A DNA stretch of 64,000 nucleotides from an uncultured Candidatus Sumerlaeota bacterium (GCA_964389675.1 CAYMEV010000010.1:1-64000); one strand, 5' to 3'. Shown: positions 10,501 through 19,833, counted from the stretch's first letter. Numbers and translations are program-made. Notes: generated by a model from the sequence alone, not told the origin.

Positions 10501-13159
10501 AATAGCAGTAGAGCGGTGCCTGGGTAACAGAGACATTGCCGTCCCCTATCGTTATTATATTGAGTGTCTTGAATGTAAAAACAGCGCTTGTATTCTGATT
10601 ATTGACCGTGTCTTCTGCAACTATCTCGAAATAATAGTCTGTATCCGGAAGGAGCCCTGAGATCTCCCCGCTGTGATTAATTTTATATGATGTAGAGATA
10701 TCCTGTGAAAGATCAAGACTGCCCGGGTCAGTTCCATAATTTACATATGCTGTGGCATCCTCATTTGTGGTAAATTCAATGCAGGCGCTTTCACCGCTTA
10801 TCTCAATGATATTGACATCGGATATATCAGGCCCCATGCAATCAATATCTGCCGTTGCATACTTTGTTTCACCGAAACCGCTCCCATTGTCAGCATCATT
10901 GTATGTAACAGTGACAGTATCGCCATTACCTGCGGTCAGGTCTGTCCCAAGAAGAATTGAACCCTGGAAAACGCCCTCAAAGGCTGTTTCTGTGAGAACT
11001 GCATCAATACCTGCGGGATCTGTCGTTGAGTATACAGGTAGTGTATATGTACCTGAACCTGCAAGGTCTGCATCCATTAAGCTTATATTTACCTCTGAAG
11101 TGCAGTTATAGAGGTCCTTATCAAAGGTCACAATACCGTCTGAAGATGTTCCTACCATCACTGTTGCTGTATAATTAATATAATTCGGGTGGGTAACTGT
11201 CAGCATAAATTCCCCCGGGATAGTAAGGGGATCATCGAAGTTTACCAGGGCAGACCCGGAAGCATTTGTCTTTGCTGCACCCCTGACATTCAGGGAAGGC
11301 ATCCAGGCACTGACAATGGCATTTTCCACAGGGGCTTTGGAATCATAGACACTGACATTCATGGAATTTGAACCTGATGCAACAAATGAAGGGGCATCCA
11401 CTACCAGCTCGGCAGGTGATGATTTGGGTATGAACGTTGTCCCATCCCCGAATACCACATAATATTCCATATACCTTGCAGACTGCCCCCCTCCGCTGTA
11501 ATGGTTCCACAGCTGGATCTTGGCATAATCCGAGTTTGGGGCAATAAGCTGGATCCCCTCAGAAAAGAAACCGTCATAAGACCTCCTTGCAAGGATATCA
11601 TCCTCATCCCAGTAGGATGAATTGGAAGCCCCCCAGTATCCGATTGCCGCATTATCTGCCCTGATGAATGCCTCGGCAATGCATTCCCCGGTATTATCGA
11701 ATGTTGCACTTGAACAGCAGTTCCCGATGGCGTAAAAATACATGTCCTGATTTGTAAGGGCATGAACATCCGTATTTGTGATATCCTGCCCGCTTCTGAA
11801 AGCCCATACAGTAGCTCCGCAGTGAGCAGAATAGTTGGAGATCATTCTGCCGGCATTCATTGATGCTATTACTTCAGCCTTTGTAGCATCGTATGTATGC
11901 CTGTAAAGCTTGTCATAGAGCCATCCAAGAGGATCAAGATACATATCGACAGCATAGTTGAAGGTGCCTTCGGCAATATGGCCTGAACCGTAGTCCTCAC
12001 CTGCAATTAGGGCAGCATCATCCATCCATGAAAGGTCAGAATTTTCAAACTTCTCATAATAGAGAAGCTTTCCTAGATAGGTTGCAAGCTCTGCTGTGCT
12101 TACAATGGATATCCTGCTTATTGATGCATCAGGGAAGCTATCTGACCCTGCCAGGAAAACATAAAGCTGGTCAGAGGCTGAAGAGCAGTTCGGGCCTGTA
12201 AATGTCGGGATCTGATCAGCATCCCCTACCAGGATAATATATGCAGGAGGAACAGGCCAGTTGTCATATGCATCCTGTATATATGCCTTAATACCTGCAG
12301 TGGTATTTCCGTTGGCGATCTCCGATGTCCTGACGGTATTTACCCTGTATCCCTTGATCTCCTTCCATTCAACAAATTCAGCCAGGCCGTCATAATATGC
12401 ATCCCCGGTTATTATAAGGATGCCCTCATCACTGAAGCCTTTGTATTTGCAGAGTGATTTCAGGTGATCCAGTCCCAGGGAAGATTTTTCATATATCACA
12501 GAATAGCTGTTGAGGTATCTTCTGTACATATTATGTGTAGCATACAGGTCCGGGTCTGATATCCTTATCTCCACCTGAATATCCTTATAGACCATTAGCC
12601 TGCCATCCACCGGGTTGTATTTTACAGGGAATATGCTTACAGGCAGTAACCTTATGCCTCTTGCCCGTATTTCTTCATGTACAAGGACGAATTCCCTGGG
12701 ATAATAAAGATTTTCAGAGTAGATCTTTTCATTCATCTGGAAAGGGATATCCCCTTCGCCTGATTTTGGTACGGGAAGCTGAAGAGGATAGATAAGATCA
12801 GCACCGGTCTCAGCCAGAATATCAAGAACCTGCTCGGAACCGTAGGAGAACATTACCTCATAATCCGCATTTTCCGGTATTGCAATAAGCTTGTAGTAGG
12901 CGGGAAGGTTCGGGTTTCCATAATCTCCATAAATACTGCCGTCCTCAAAACAAAAATCCGCATAAAGTATTCCCTCATGCTCGACTAAATTATAGGATGC
13001 ATCTGATATGAACGTTCCTAATTGAATCCTGTTCAGATCATATGACTGTAGAGCAACTTTATTTTCACTGTCTCCTGTATTGAAATAGATAATTCCATCT
13101 GAAGAAAAAACAGAGAGTGAAAAAAAGAGCAGGAAAAAATAAACAGTTAACCTTTTCAA
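7526..13159 (-). CDS. Secreted multidomain C25 (gingipain-family) cysteine peptidase with propeptide, duplicated Ig/FN3 modules and CARDB-LPVEL tail
   Basis: Likely TTG start at 13159 after AAGGGGG, giving signal peptide MKRLTVYFFLLFFSLSVFS. Propeptide (GNPNLP..LIAIP, PVKYNPV). C25 motifs FVEWKEIKGY, YIILVGD, NYSAHCG, AIGNCC. FN3 motifs WNDNSTNEEGF and YFYRVYAYN. Confidence 0.9.
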   Translation of the reverse strand: MKRLTVYFFLLFFSLSVFSSDGIIYFNTGDSENKVALQSYDLNRIQLGTFISDASYNLVEHEGILYADFCFEDGSIYGDYGNPNLPAYYKLIAIPENADYEVMFSYGSEQVLDILAETGADLIYPLQLPVPKSGEGDIPFQMNEKIYSENLYYPREFVLVHEEIRARGIRLLPVSIFPVKYNPVDGRLMVYKDIQVEIRISDPDLYATHNMYRRYLNSYSVIYEKSSLGLDHLKSLCKYKGFSDEGILIITGDAYYDGLAEFVEWKEIKGYRVNTVRTSEIANGNTTAGIKAYIQDAYDNWPVPPAYIILVGDADQIPTFTGPNCSSASDQLYVFLAGSDSFPDASISRISIVSTAELATYLGKLLYYEKFENSDLSWMDDAALIAGEDYGSGHIAEGTFNYAVDMYLDPLGWLYDKLYRHTYDATKAEVIASMNAGRMISNYSAHCGATVWAFRSGQDITNTDVHALTNQDMYFYAIGNCCSSATFDNTGECIAEAFIRADNAAIGYWGASNSSYWDEDDILARRSYDGFFSEGIQLIAPNSDYAKIQLWNHYSGGGQSARYMEYYVVFGDGTTFIPKSSPAELVVDAPSFVASGSNSMNVSVYDSKAPVENAIVSAWMPSLNVRGAAKTNASGSALVNFDDPLTIPGEFMLTVTHPNYINYTATVMVGTSSDGIVTFDKDLYNCTSEVNISLMDADLAGSGTYTLPVYSTTDPAGIDAVLTETAFEGVFQGSILLGTDLTAGNGDTVTVTYNDADNGSGFGETKYATADIDCMGPDISDVNIIEISGESACIEFTTNEDATAYVNYGTDPGSLDLSQDISTSYKINHSGEISGLLPDTDYYFEIVAEDTVNNQNTSAVFTFKTLNIITIGDGNVSVTQAPLYCYYHDNRTQVIYLASDLGNQPLLISSVGIDVTAAPAMTLSNWTIRLKHTDKSNYSAGASFETDNWTVVYQSDETISSTGWVTFSLDTPFEYDGIQNLMVDFSFNNASWQTPSGAVNWTATSDSRAIYAYSDSGAGDPLDWTGSSDPAPSSTNNFINLQLGLISNEPEPNGTVEFDSDFYSCSSDVVITVMDSNAGASFVTVHLTATPGPANMDPVLPEIEPGIYQQTIALGTELVVGDGQTLTATYQDEDIGDGTPAVKTDTADIDCIAPVISNINITNIFGNSADISFQTDEASTSKVYWGPDCSSLVNEMIISDTLQTEHQGTISGLTPQTTVFYAVEAIDHASNAGTSACDSFDTANVISIGNGIEELDRTPLYTYYWKNRTSVIYLQSELGSGKDTKDPIPLYSLSMDVSKIPLAVLHNFTIRMKHTDKTDFSSDEGFETADWTIVYQNDETISDLGWTTFYFQGGPFVYDGINNLMIDISFMNSSYTPQTDIGRCYWTACADPRTIYGYADSSYGDPLDWTGTAEPTVYSTNHFLNIQMTLEESLTPIPPSNLTALVVSSTQVDLSWNDNSTNEEGFVIQRRLGEAGTWENAGTSAADTAEYQDTTVLPGNEYFYRVYAYNANGNSDYSNTVMVFTITLKEALDNPDLEWSTYGDAEWLAQSDIWYYGESSAQSGLIMGSQSTSLETEVNGPGQLSFYWKVSSESGYDYLTLYINGNMQDRISGEEDWQEMSCYLGSGPNTVTWEYSKDGSMNEGEDAGWVDYVMFDTSPDASISSQDITFSNANPEPGDTVNISARIRNLGLEEVASGDAAFYYSTAPNTDLQLITSESFGSIPSLEYADIEADWDTTGLEARAYILTVIISNVLPTDGNSGNNQAYIEVPLPVELTYFNANGMGNRALIEWMTMTETDNLGWNLYRLSLRKISPFVALTPVKLNSSLIEGYGTSSEPHVYNFTDSVKPGGKYIYILESVSTYGETEQFRTSLNWIM
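8870..11140 (-). repeat. Intragenic tandem duplication of a ~380-aa three-domain module in the C25 protein
   Basis: Paired segments VTFDKDLYNC/VEFDSDFYSC, TADIDCMGPDIS/TADIDCIAPVIS, PLYCYYHDNRTQVIYL/PLYTYYWKNRTSVIYL, IRLKHTDK/IRMKHTDK, GDPLDWTG in both copies. Boundaries approximate. Confidence 0.85.
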
Positions 13160-13293
13160 GACTATACCCCCTTTTTTATTGTTTATATAATATGATACAT
13201 TAATTTGATTTTTTGGCAAAGATTTTGGCAGAATATATCTGCAAATGAAGGGGTATATCTTTCGGATAATTATCTGAAGGTGCGGGGAAGATG

Positions 13294-13324
13294 CCAGGGA
13301 CACCCGTAAAACAGATGTCCTTGG
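13294..13324 (-). other. Intergenic hairpin between the Kelch gene and the C25 gene (terminator or RNA-stability element)
   Basis: Minus strand CCAAGGACATCTGT-ttt-ACGGGTGTCCCTGG pairs at 13 of 14 positions with G-U allowed; no clear U-tract. Confidence 0.5.
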
Positions 13325-13344
13325 TATTATTATATTATTTTAAT

Positions 13345-15786
13345 CTATCTTCCTTCCAGGGGATTGGAAGTAGTTAATTCCTCATTTGAAAGAAGCTCAG
13401 GCTTGACAGGCTGTATCGGGTTGGCTGTCATCCAGCGGAGCTTGGTCCTCCACTGTTCTGTCGTACCTTCTGTAGATATAGATTCGAGGATATAGAAATA
13501 GGCTCCATGGCTTTTAATGGTATCAATGAAACTGTAATAGAAAGGTTCAGGGCTTGTCCCCTGGCCCGGTATAATTGTATCATTGAGGAGGACCGGGGTA
13601 TATGAAACAAACGGGTTTACCTTTCTTGCTTTCAGCCTGTAGATGTTCCAGCCGAAATTATCAACCTCCGACAGTGTCTGCCATCTTATGAACGCCTTAT
13701 TGCCTGCACCAATAGCAGTGAAATAGCCAAGCTCAACAGGCAGGGCATATTCCCTTGTAGCCTGGTTGTTTGTATAGTCAACATCAAAAGGCAGTATATC
13801 TGTAAGGATCACTGTTATCCTGTAGGCAGTAAAATCAAGGCCGGTTGTATCCCAGTTGGTCACTACCGGTTCGGATGCCTTTCCCGGAAGGATCGGCCCG
13901 AATGGTACAGTGTTTATAAGGGTCAGATCAGAGGGATCATCAGTAAGAGAATAGTAGAAGTTTGCATTTCCGCTGTCGCAGGTCTCATCACCAATATTAT
14001 TGACTATTGCTGTGATCTCTACCAGGTCTCCCGGGTTTCCAACAGGCGGGTCGCATGAAATACCGCTTGAAAATACAGCCGGGTCCGGACCGCTCTGGAA
14101 TGAGCAGTTCTGTATCTTCTGTACATAATCATAGCCGTAGAAGGATTGAGTCCTGTCAAAACCGCCGACTGTATATACCGAATTTAGGATTGTGGCAGCA
14201 TTGAACCTGAATGTAGCTTCCGGAAGGACTATAGGCAGAGTATTCCAGACATTGAGGGCCGGATCATAGGAGAAGATGCTGTCTGTTGCAGAAGTATCAT
14301 CATTTCCTCCGGCAACTATGAATACCTGTCCGTTGAAAGCGCCTGCTGCTCCCCATCTGCCTGCAGGCATAGGTGCAACAGATGACCATGATCCTGCTGC
14401 AAGGTCATAAGCCCAGCAGTCTGTTGAAAGGCTGTATGAAGCCCCGAGGCCGTGGAATCCGCCAACAACATAGATCTTCCCGTCCGAAACAAATGAGGTA
14501 TGCCACCATGACCCGTCAGGCATGTTAGGAAGAGCGATCCATGTATCTGATGATATATCATATTCATAGAATCTGTCAGTGACATTGGCGCCGTCATATC
14601 CTCCGGTGAGATATATCCTGTCGCCGTATGATACGAGTTTTCCGCCGAAGCTGCCGGAAAATGGGGTAGTAATATCAGACCATGAATCTGATGTTATATT
14701 ATATATCTTCCAGGTTGTGCTTGCTGCGTTCTGTAAAAGGATCTGGTCTCCAACTACTGCGGCAGACCCGGGATATTCTGCAACAGGTTCAGGCATGGGT
14801 GTACCGTATGTCCATGTATCAGTTGCAGGGTCATAGATCTCAACTGAGGCAACATTGGTAACAGGTGAATGATAACCGCCCAGGGCATATATCTTATTGT
14901 CAAATGCGACAACTCCTGCATCAAGCCTGTTATCATTGAGAGGTGCTACAAGAGAGGCACAGAAAGTAGTATATGTGGTCGCATAGATATAAGCTGTTGA
15001 TGTGTAGGTCTCTGTCACCCCGTTTATCTGATTCACTGCCTGGACCTCTATGTCGGATGTATAGCTGTCAGGTGCCGATGCGGGCGTTGTAACCAGAGCG
15101 GTGAAGGAGACTTCATCCCCTGATGGCACATCAAGTATAGGATTAGGCGTGAATGATACAGTGTAGCCTGCTTCAGCAAGATAGCTGAGGTCAATATCAA
15201 GTTCATGAGGAGTATTGTTCCATACAGAAAGCTGCTTTGCGAAACTTTCTCCTGCACATACCTCACCATATGATTCATAGGGATTTATATAAATATTTTC
15301 CTGAAGCTCATAAAACTGGACGGTAAGGAATAATTCATGAGGTTCGGATCCATACAGGTCCCCGTAAATGTCAACATCAGCATCTATGATCCCTGAGGTT
15401 GTGCCGGGGACAGTTACATTAACGGCATAATAGTGGTCTGACTGGCTGTACTGGCATCCATACGTCTCTGTATTATACCATCTGGCAACATTCGTGCCTG
15501 CACCCTCCATAAGCCATAGGTGAGAACCGTTGTTATTCGGCCCGTCATAATGGGTGACGCTGTTTATTACCCAGTCTGCCGGGAAAGTGATTATTATCTC
15601 ATCAAGCCATTCAGCATCTGTTGAATTGTTCCAGATAAGGAATGCTATATCCTGTGCTGAACCCGGAGAATAATAATCAGGTTCAGGTACAGCCGTGCTT
15701 CCTTCAATAGAAGCAAGGCACGGTATTGATGAAAAAAGGGCAATGAAAATTATTATAGGAAGAATTTTTAGGAAATTAAGCATCAA
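13345..15786 (-). CDS. Secreted Kelch-repeat beta-propeller protein with CARDB-LPVEL tail
   Basis: SD AGGAGG; signal peptide; Kelch GG motifs IYALGGY, IYLTGGY, IYVVGGF, FIVAGGN, VYTVGGF with YDP..W ends; tail shared with two other proteins. Confidence 0.88.
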   Translation of the reverse strand: MMLNFLKILPIIIFIALFSSIPCLASIEGSTAVPEPDYYSPGSAQDIAFLIWNNSTDAEWLDEIIITFPADWVINSVTHYDGPNNNGSHLWLMEGAGTNVARWYNTETYGCQYSQSDHYYAVNVTVPGTTSGIIDADVDIYGDLYGSEPHELFLTVQFYELQENIYINPYESYGEVCAGESFAKQLSVWNNTPHELDIDLSYLAEAGYTVSFTPNPILDVPSGDEVSFTALVTTPASAPDSYTSDIEVQAVNQINGVTETYTSTAYIYATTYTTFCASLVAPLNDNRLDAGVVAFDNKIYALGGYHSPVTNVASVEIYDPATDTWTYGTPMPEPVAEYPGSAAVVGDQILLQNAASTTWKIYNITSDSWSDITTPFSGSFGGKLVSYGDRIYLTGGYDGANVTDRFYEYDISSDTWIALPNMPDGSWWHTSFVSDGKIYVVGGFHGLGASYSLSTDCWAYDLAAGSWSSVAPMPAGRWGAAGAFNGQVFIVAGGNDDTSATDSIFSYDPALNVWNTLPIVLPEATFRFNAATILNSVYTVGGFDRTQSFYGYDYVQKIQNCSFQSGPDPAVFSSGISCDPPVGNPGDLVEITAIVNNIGDETCDSGNANFYYSLTDDPSDLTLINTVPFGPILPGKASEPVVTNWDTTGLDFTAYRITVILTDILPFDVDYTNNQATREYALPVELGYFTAIGAGNKAFIRWQTLSEVDNFGWNIYRLKARKVNPFVSYTPVLLNDTIIPGQGTSPEPFYYSFIDTIKSHGAYFYILESISTEGTTEQWRTKLRWMTANPIQPVKPELLSNEELTTSNPLEGR

Positions 15787-15865
15787 TCTGCCTCCTGTAT
15801 TTAAAAATAGAAATAGATTTCTTAAAAAAATTTGTGATCATCAATAAAAAAGCCATGTGATAGAT

Positions 15866-15893
15866 ATACTAAAAGAAATTTCTCCTTTGTCAA
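15866..15893 (-). promoter_or_regulatory. Putative sigma-70 promoter of the Kelch gene
   Basis: Minus strand TTGACA-16 nt-TAGTAT. Confidence 0.45.
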
Positions 15894-16064
15894 AGAAAAA
15901 TGAATATAAATTATAATTTTTTTCACATATTTTAAATATGATATTTTTGTTAAATGATTCAATATATAGTGGTATAATATCAAAATAAATAGAGATAAAG
16001 GAAAAAAGATGGATAAACATATGAACCTGAAAGAAAAAAATCAAAACAGAGATCAGGGTGCAGT

Positions 16065-16583
16065 ATGAAGAATGCAGTACTTTTTTTTATTCTGATTTTA
16101 TTTCCTGTGATCATTGTTTCGCAGGATATTACTCTAAATTCAGCTTTTCTGCAGAAAAATCAGACAATTCCCCTGAGGTTTACATGCGATGGAGAAAACA
16201 TCTCCCCGCCGGTCAGCTGGTCAGACAGCATAAAAGGGTGCTCCAGCTATGCAATTATCTTTGAAGACCCGGATGCCCCCGTAGGTACATGGGTTCACTG
16301 GATAGTATACAATATACCATCAGATGTTAAGAATCTTTCTATTGGGGCTGGAAACAACGATAGTATGCAGCCAGGGATACAGCAGGGCATCAATGACTGG
16401 GGCAGGCCGGCATACGGCGGGCCATGTCCGCCGTCAGGCAGGGAGCACAGGTATTTTTTCAGGATATATGCCCTTGATATAATGCTTGACCTTAAGAGGC
16501 CGGGGAAAAGTGACATTGAAAATGCAATGGAAGGGCATGTTCTTGGAAAAGGAGAGTTTATGGTAAGGTACAGGAGGAAGTAA
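16065..16583 (+). CDS. YbhB/YbcL family (PEBP) protein with signal peptide
   Basis: FTCDGENISPP, EDPDAP, WVHWIVYNIP, YGGPCPP, HRYFF. Confidence 0.95.
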   Translation: MKNAVLFFILILFPVIIVSQDITLNSAFLQKNQTIPLRFTCDGENISPPVSWSDSIKGCSSYAIIFEDPDAPVGTWVHWIVYNIPSDVKNLSIGAGNNDSMQPGIQQGINDWGRPAYGGPCPPSGREHRYFFRIYALDIMLDLKRPGKSDIENAMEGHVLGKGEFMVRYRRK

Positions 16584-16622
16584 TACCTGTACTGCCTCCT
16601 GTACCGATGGAGATCCTATCTT

Positions 16623-17993
16623 TTATTCTGCATAAAATACCGGGACCAGCCCGCCGCCTCTATGGACATTTATGATGTCCCCGCTTGAGGCTCTCAGGAA
16701 GGCTCCGCCGAAAACACCGTCATAGGCCCAGAAATTTATGTTCACATTCTTGGTTTCAAATCCCTTTAGCTTATTGTCCTCCATTATTGGAAAGTCATCA
16801 ACGGGTATAGGAACAAGTTCCTGGACAACGTAGTTCTGGCCTTTTGCAAGTGCCAGGGCTAAAGTATCGTCCCATTCCTTCTGTTCAGCGCTTTTGCCTA
16901 TAACAACGCCTGATCCGCCATAACCGCTGTTTGGCTTTAAGACAAGACTGGCTTTGTTTTCCGATATGAACTGCTTGAGCTGAATTCTCTGACCTTTATA
17001 ATCACTCTCCTGGTCCCTTACAAGCCGTGTCCATGGAATATACCTTTCAATGGCTTCAATCTCCTCTTCATCAAAGAGGTATCTGAACCTCGGATCACCC
17101 ATAATTGCAAGAACGGATTTAAGGCCCCCTACCCTTGAAGAGAATGGATTAATAAAGCATATGTTCTGGTCCCTGTACGCCTGAAGGACCTTTTTTGTGT
17201 CCGGGTAATATGGTTCATTAAGAAATTCCTGTATTGCATCCCTGTATATCAGGTGAACAACCTTTCCATTAAGCGTAAGCTCTTTGCCGTCATAGTCGAA
17301 ATGCCTCGGATCGGCATATACAGCATTAAATCCCTTTGAATTAAGTGTATTTATAATAATTTCAACATCTTTCAATATGGTTGAATCAGTGGCGCATACA
17401 ATAGCAAATAAAGGCTTTTCAGCAGGTTTAATCCCCTTGTTTTCACAGAACTGCCTGTATTTTGTCATAAGCATCTTTGAATGTGTATCAAGGAATTTGT
17501 CCGCAGCAAGCCTGTATTTACCCTGCAGATGCTTTATGGTAGACAGATTTGAGAACATGTCAACCATGGCATCATGCCAGCCCATGCCGGAAGGGCTGTC
17601 GCAATTGAATTCAAGAAATTTAATATCCTTGGATTCCGGCAGGAAGAATGCATCAAGCCTTGATACTATCTGCCTGTTTGGATAAACAGGATCTATCTTT
17701 GCAAATTCTTCAACTTTATCTCCGAGTTCCAGCAAATGCTTGAATTTGGGATCAGTGAAAAATGCATTGGAGACCTTTTCAATCGCATGCATTATGTTTT
17801 CTGTGGAAACCTTAAAGAGAGATCTGTCATTTCTGTCTACAAAATAGGGTTTCAGAAAGGTCGGAAATGGCTTTCCTTTCATGGACATACCATATTTTTC
17901 AGTTTCCACCCTGATAAACTCAAGCTGACTGGCTGCATCCTCCGGGTTAAGGGCAGACTGATAATCCTCATTAACCTTTTTGACAATATCCAT
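16623..17993 (-). CDS. Circularly permuted ATP-grasp protein (glutathione/glutathionylspermidine synthetase-like putative amide ligase)
   Basis: RLDAFF, KFLEFNCDSPSG, VHLIYR, FINPF, VLKPNSGYGGSGVVIG, YVVQE, INVHRGGGLVP. Confidence 0.82.
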   Translation of the reverse strand: MDIVKKVNEDYQSALNPEDAASQLEFIRVETEKYGMSMKGKPFPTFLKPYFVDRNDRSLFKVSTENIMHAIEKVSNAFFTDPKFKHLLELGDKVEEFAKIDPVYPNRQIVSRLDAFFLPESKDIKFLEFNCDSPSGMGWHDAMVDMFSNLSTIKHLQGKYRLAADKFLDTHSKMLMTKYRQFCENKGIKPAEKPLFAIVCATDSTILKDVEIIINTLNSKGFNAVYADPRHFDYDGKELTLNGKVVHLIYRDAIQEFLNEPYYPDTKKVLQAYRDQNICFINPFSSRVGGLKSVLAIMGDPRFRYLFDEEEIEAIERYIPWTRLVRDQESDYKGQRIQLKQFISENKASLVLKPNSGYGGSGVVIGKSAEQKEWDDTLALALAKGQNYVVQELVPIPVDDFPIMEDNKLKGFETKNVNINFWAYDGVFGGAFLRASSGDIINVHRGGGLVPVFYAE

Positions 17994-18035
17994 ATCTTAC
18001 TCCTTTTGATTTTTAGTCTTCAGCTAATAGAAAAA

Positions 18036-18108
18036 AGCTGACGAAGGGAATTGAACCCTTAACCTGCTGATTACAAATCAGCTGCTCTGCCGATTGAGCT
18101 ACGTCAGC
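18036..18108 (-). tRNA. tRNA-Thr(TGT)
   Basis: Reverse complement GCTGACGTAGCTCAATCGGCAGAGCAGCTGATTTGTAATCAGCAGGTTAAGGGTTCAATTCCCTTCGTCAGCT folds as a cloverleaf with anticodon TGT; CCA not encoded. Confidence 0.97.
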
Positions 18109-18187
18109 CTTAGTGAAAATATCAATTATCATTTATTTCTTTTAATTGCAAGAAAAAAAATTACAATAAAAAAAGGGAACATGCTGT

Positions 18188-19126
18188 ATGGTGTCTATAA
18201 CAGGTAAAGATATCGGAAAAAGAGTAATGTTTAAGCCAATTCTTGATTCGGTAGATGTTTTTATTAATCATGGGGAGGTCACCGGGCTGATCGGGATGAG
18301 CGGCTCAGGCAAGACGACATTATTAAAAATACTGTCACTCTTTGACAGCAAGTATTCCGGGAAACTCAGATTCATTCCGCTGGAAAAAGAAGATAATATA
18401 CTCAGGATGATAGGCTATGTCAACCAGTCTGATATATTAAACCCGAATCTTGAAGTACTTGATACCCTGAAATATACATACAGCATCAGGAATAATAAAG
18501 AGGACCCTGATTCTGCAGACATTATTATGGATCTTCTTGAAATGTTCAACATGAAGGACAGGGTTTATCATAAACTGAAAAAGCTCAGCGGGGGGGAAAG
18601 GAAAAGAGTGCATATAATTAATGAGCTCATTGCTCTGCCTGTTCTGCTGTTTCTTGATGAACCATTATCCGGCCTTGACCCTGCAAATGCTGACAGGATC
18701 CTGATGTTTCTGAGGGATTATGCCGGGAAGGGCAATACGGTAGTTATGACAACTCATTCAACTGACAGTATTGAGCATCTCGACAGGATTTTCTTTCTCA
18801 ACAGAGGAAAGCTTATTTTCTACGGTAAGCCTGCAGAAATACCGGATTATTTTGGAGTTGAGGATATTTCTGAAAGCTACAGGAAGATCAGCAGGCAGAA
18901 CCCGGATTTCCTGAGAAGGATGTTCCAGAAATCCGACGCATGCAGAAAGCTAAAAAGCTTTCTGGACATTACAGCTGAATATCCGGCAGACACAGCAGTA
19001 AAAGATAAGCTCAGGAATTCTGAAACAGATGCTTTTGCCTGCAGGGATGAAAACAGGAAAGATGATTCAATAGATGAAGAATACAGGAAAATTATCTCAA
19101 GTATCGTCAATGGCAAAGAAGAATGA
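18188..19126 (+). CDS. ABC transporter ATP-binding protein (ABCG/Rv1747-like NBD)
   Basis: GMSGSGKTT, LSGGERKRV, LFLDEPLSGLDP, TTH. Confidence 0.9.
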   Translation: MVSITGKDIGKRVMFKPILDSVDVFINHGEVTGLIGMSGSGKTTLLKILSLFDSKYSGKLRFIPLEKEDNILRMIGYVNQSDILNPNLEVLDTLKYTYSIRNNKEDPDSADIIMDLLEMFNMKDRVYHKLKKLSGGERKRVHIINELIALPVLLFLDEPLSGLDPANADRILMFLRDYAGKGNTVVMTTHSTDSIEHLDRIFFLNRGKLIFYGKPAEIPDYFGVEDISESYRKISRQNPDFLRRMFQKSDACRKLKSFLDITAEYPADTAVKDKLRNSETDAFACRDENRKDDSIDEEYRKIISSIVNGKEE

Positions 19127-19830
19127 AAAGAATATTATCTCTTATCACTGAAAGGTACTTTCTTACCCTGTTAAGCGATTTTTACAGGATTTTATTTATT
19201 TTCCTTCAGTCCTTTATAATAACTGTTCTCTTTATAATGGTTTTCAGGAATTCCCAGAATACTTCCACATTTAAGCTGCTTTTAGTCGTGACCTCCATCT
19301 GGCTCGGCCTTATAAACAGCTGTCAGGAAATTGTAAAAGAAAGGGAGCTGTTCAGGATAGAGAAGCGTTTTGGTGTAAAAGCAGGTTATTTTGTCTTCAG
19401 CAGGATGTTCATTATCGGGCTTATATCACTTCTTCAGACATTGTTCATGGTTTTGGGGCTTTATTTGTTTACAGAGGTTGAATTCTCCCTTTTGGGCTAT
19501 TTATTCATCCTTTTCAGCACCTCATTATCCTCTTCTGCTTTAGGCCTGCTTATATCCTCGCTCTCCGCAGGCACAAGCCAGGCTCTTGCTATTGCCCCTA
19601 TTATAACAATACCCCAGATCCTGTTTAACAATATTCTTATAAAAGGCAGCCCTCTGGGGTTTGTTGAATTTATAAAGGGCCTAATGATAAGCAACTGGGC
19701 TATCCTTTCTCTGGAAAAACTGGAGAATAATCTTGATATTAAGCTTATCCTGTATATAATTATTATCATATCTTATGGTGCTTTATATTTTGCTTTCAGC
19801 AGCCTTTTTGTTGATTTCAGGAACAGATAG
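19123..19830 (+). CDS. ABC-2 type permease
   Basis: About six hydrophobic segments; IWLGLINSCQEIVKERELF and IPQILF; ATGA overlap with the ATPase gene. Confidence 0.85.
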   Translation: MKRILSLITERYFLTLLSDFYRILFIFLQSFIITVLFIMVFRNSQNTSTFKLLLVVTSIWLGLINSCQEIVKERELFRIEKRFGVKAGYFVFSRMFIIGLISLLQTLFMVLGLYLFTEVEFSLLGYLFILFSTSLSSSALGLLISSLSAGTSQALAIAPIITIPQILFNNILIKGSPLGFVEFIKGLMISNWAILSLEKLENNLDIKLILYIIIIISYGALYFAFSSLFVDFRNR

Positions 19831-19833
19831 AGT

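Noticed and set aside
13160-13303. 48-codon N-terminal extension of the C25 ORF in the track
   Set aside because: It runs through an intergenic repeat region; the SD and signal peptide point to TTG at 13159.
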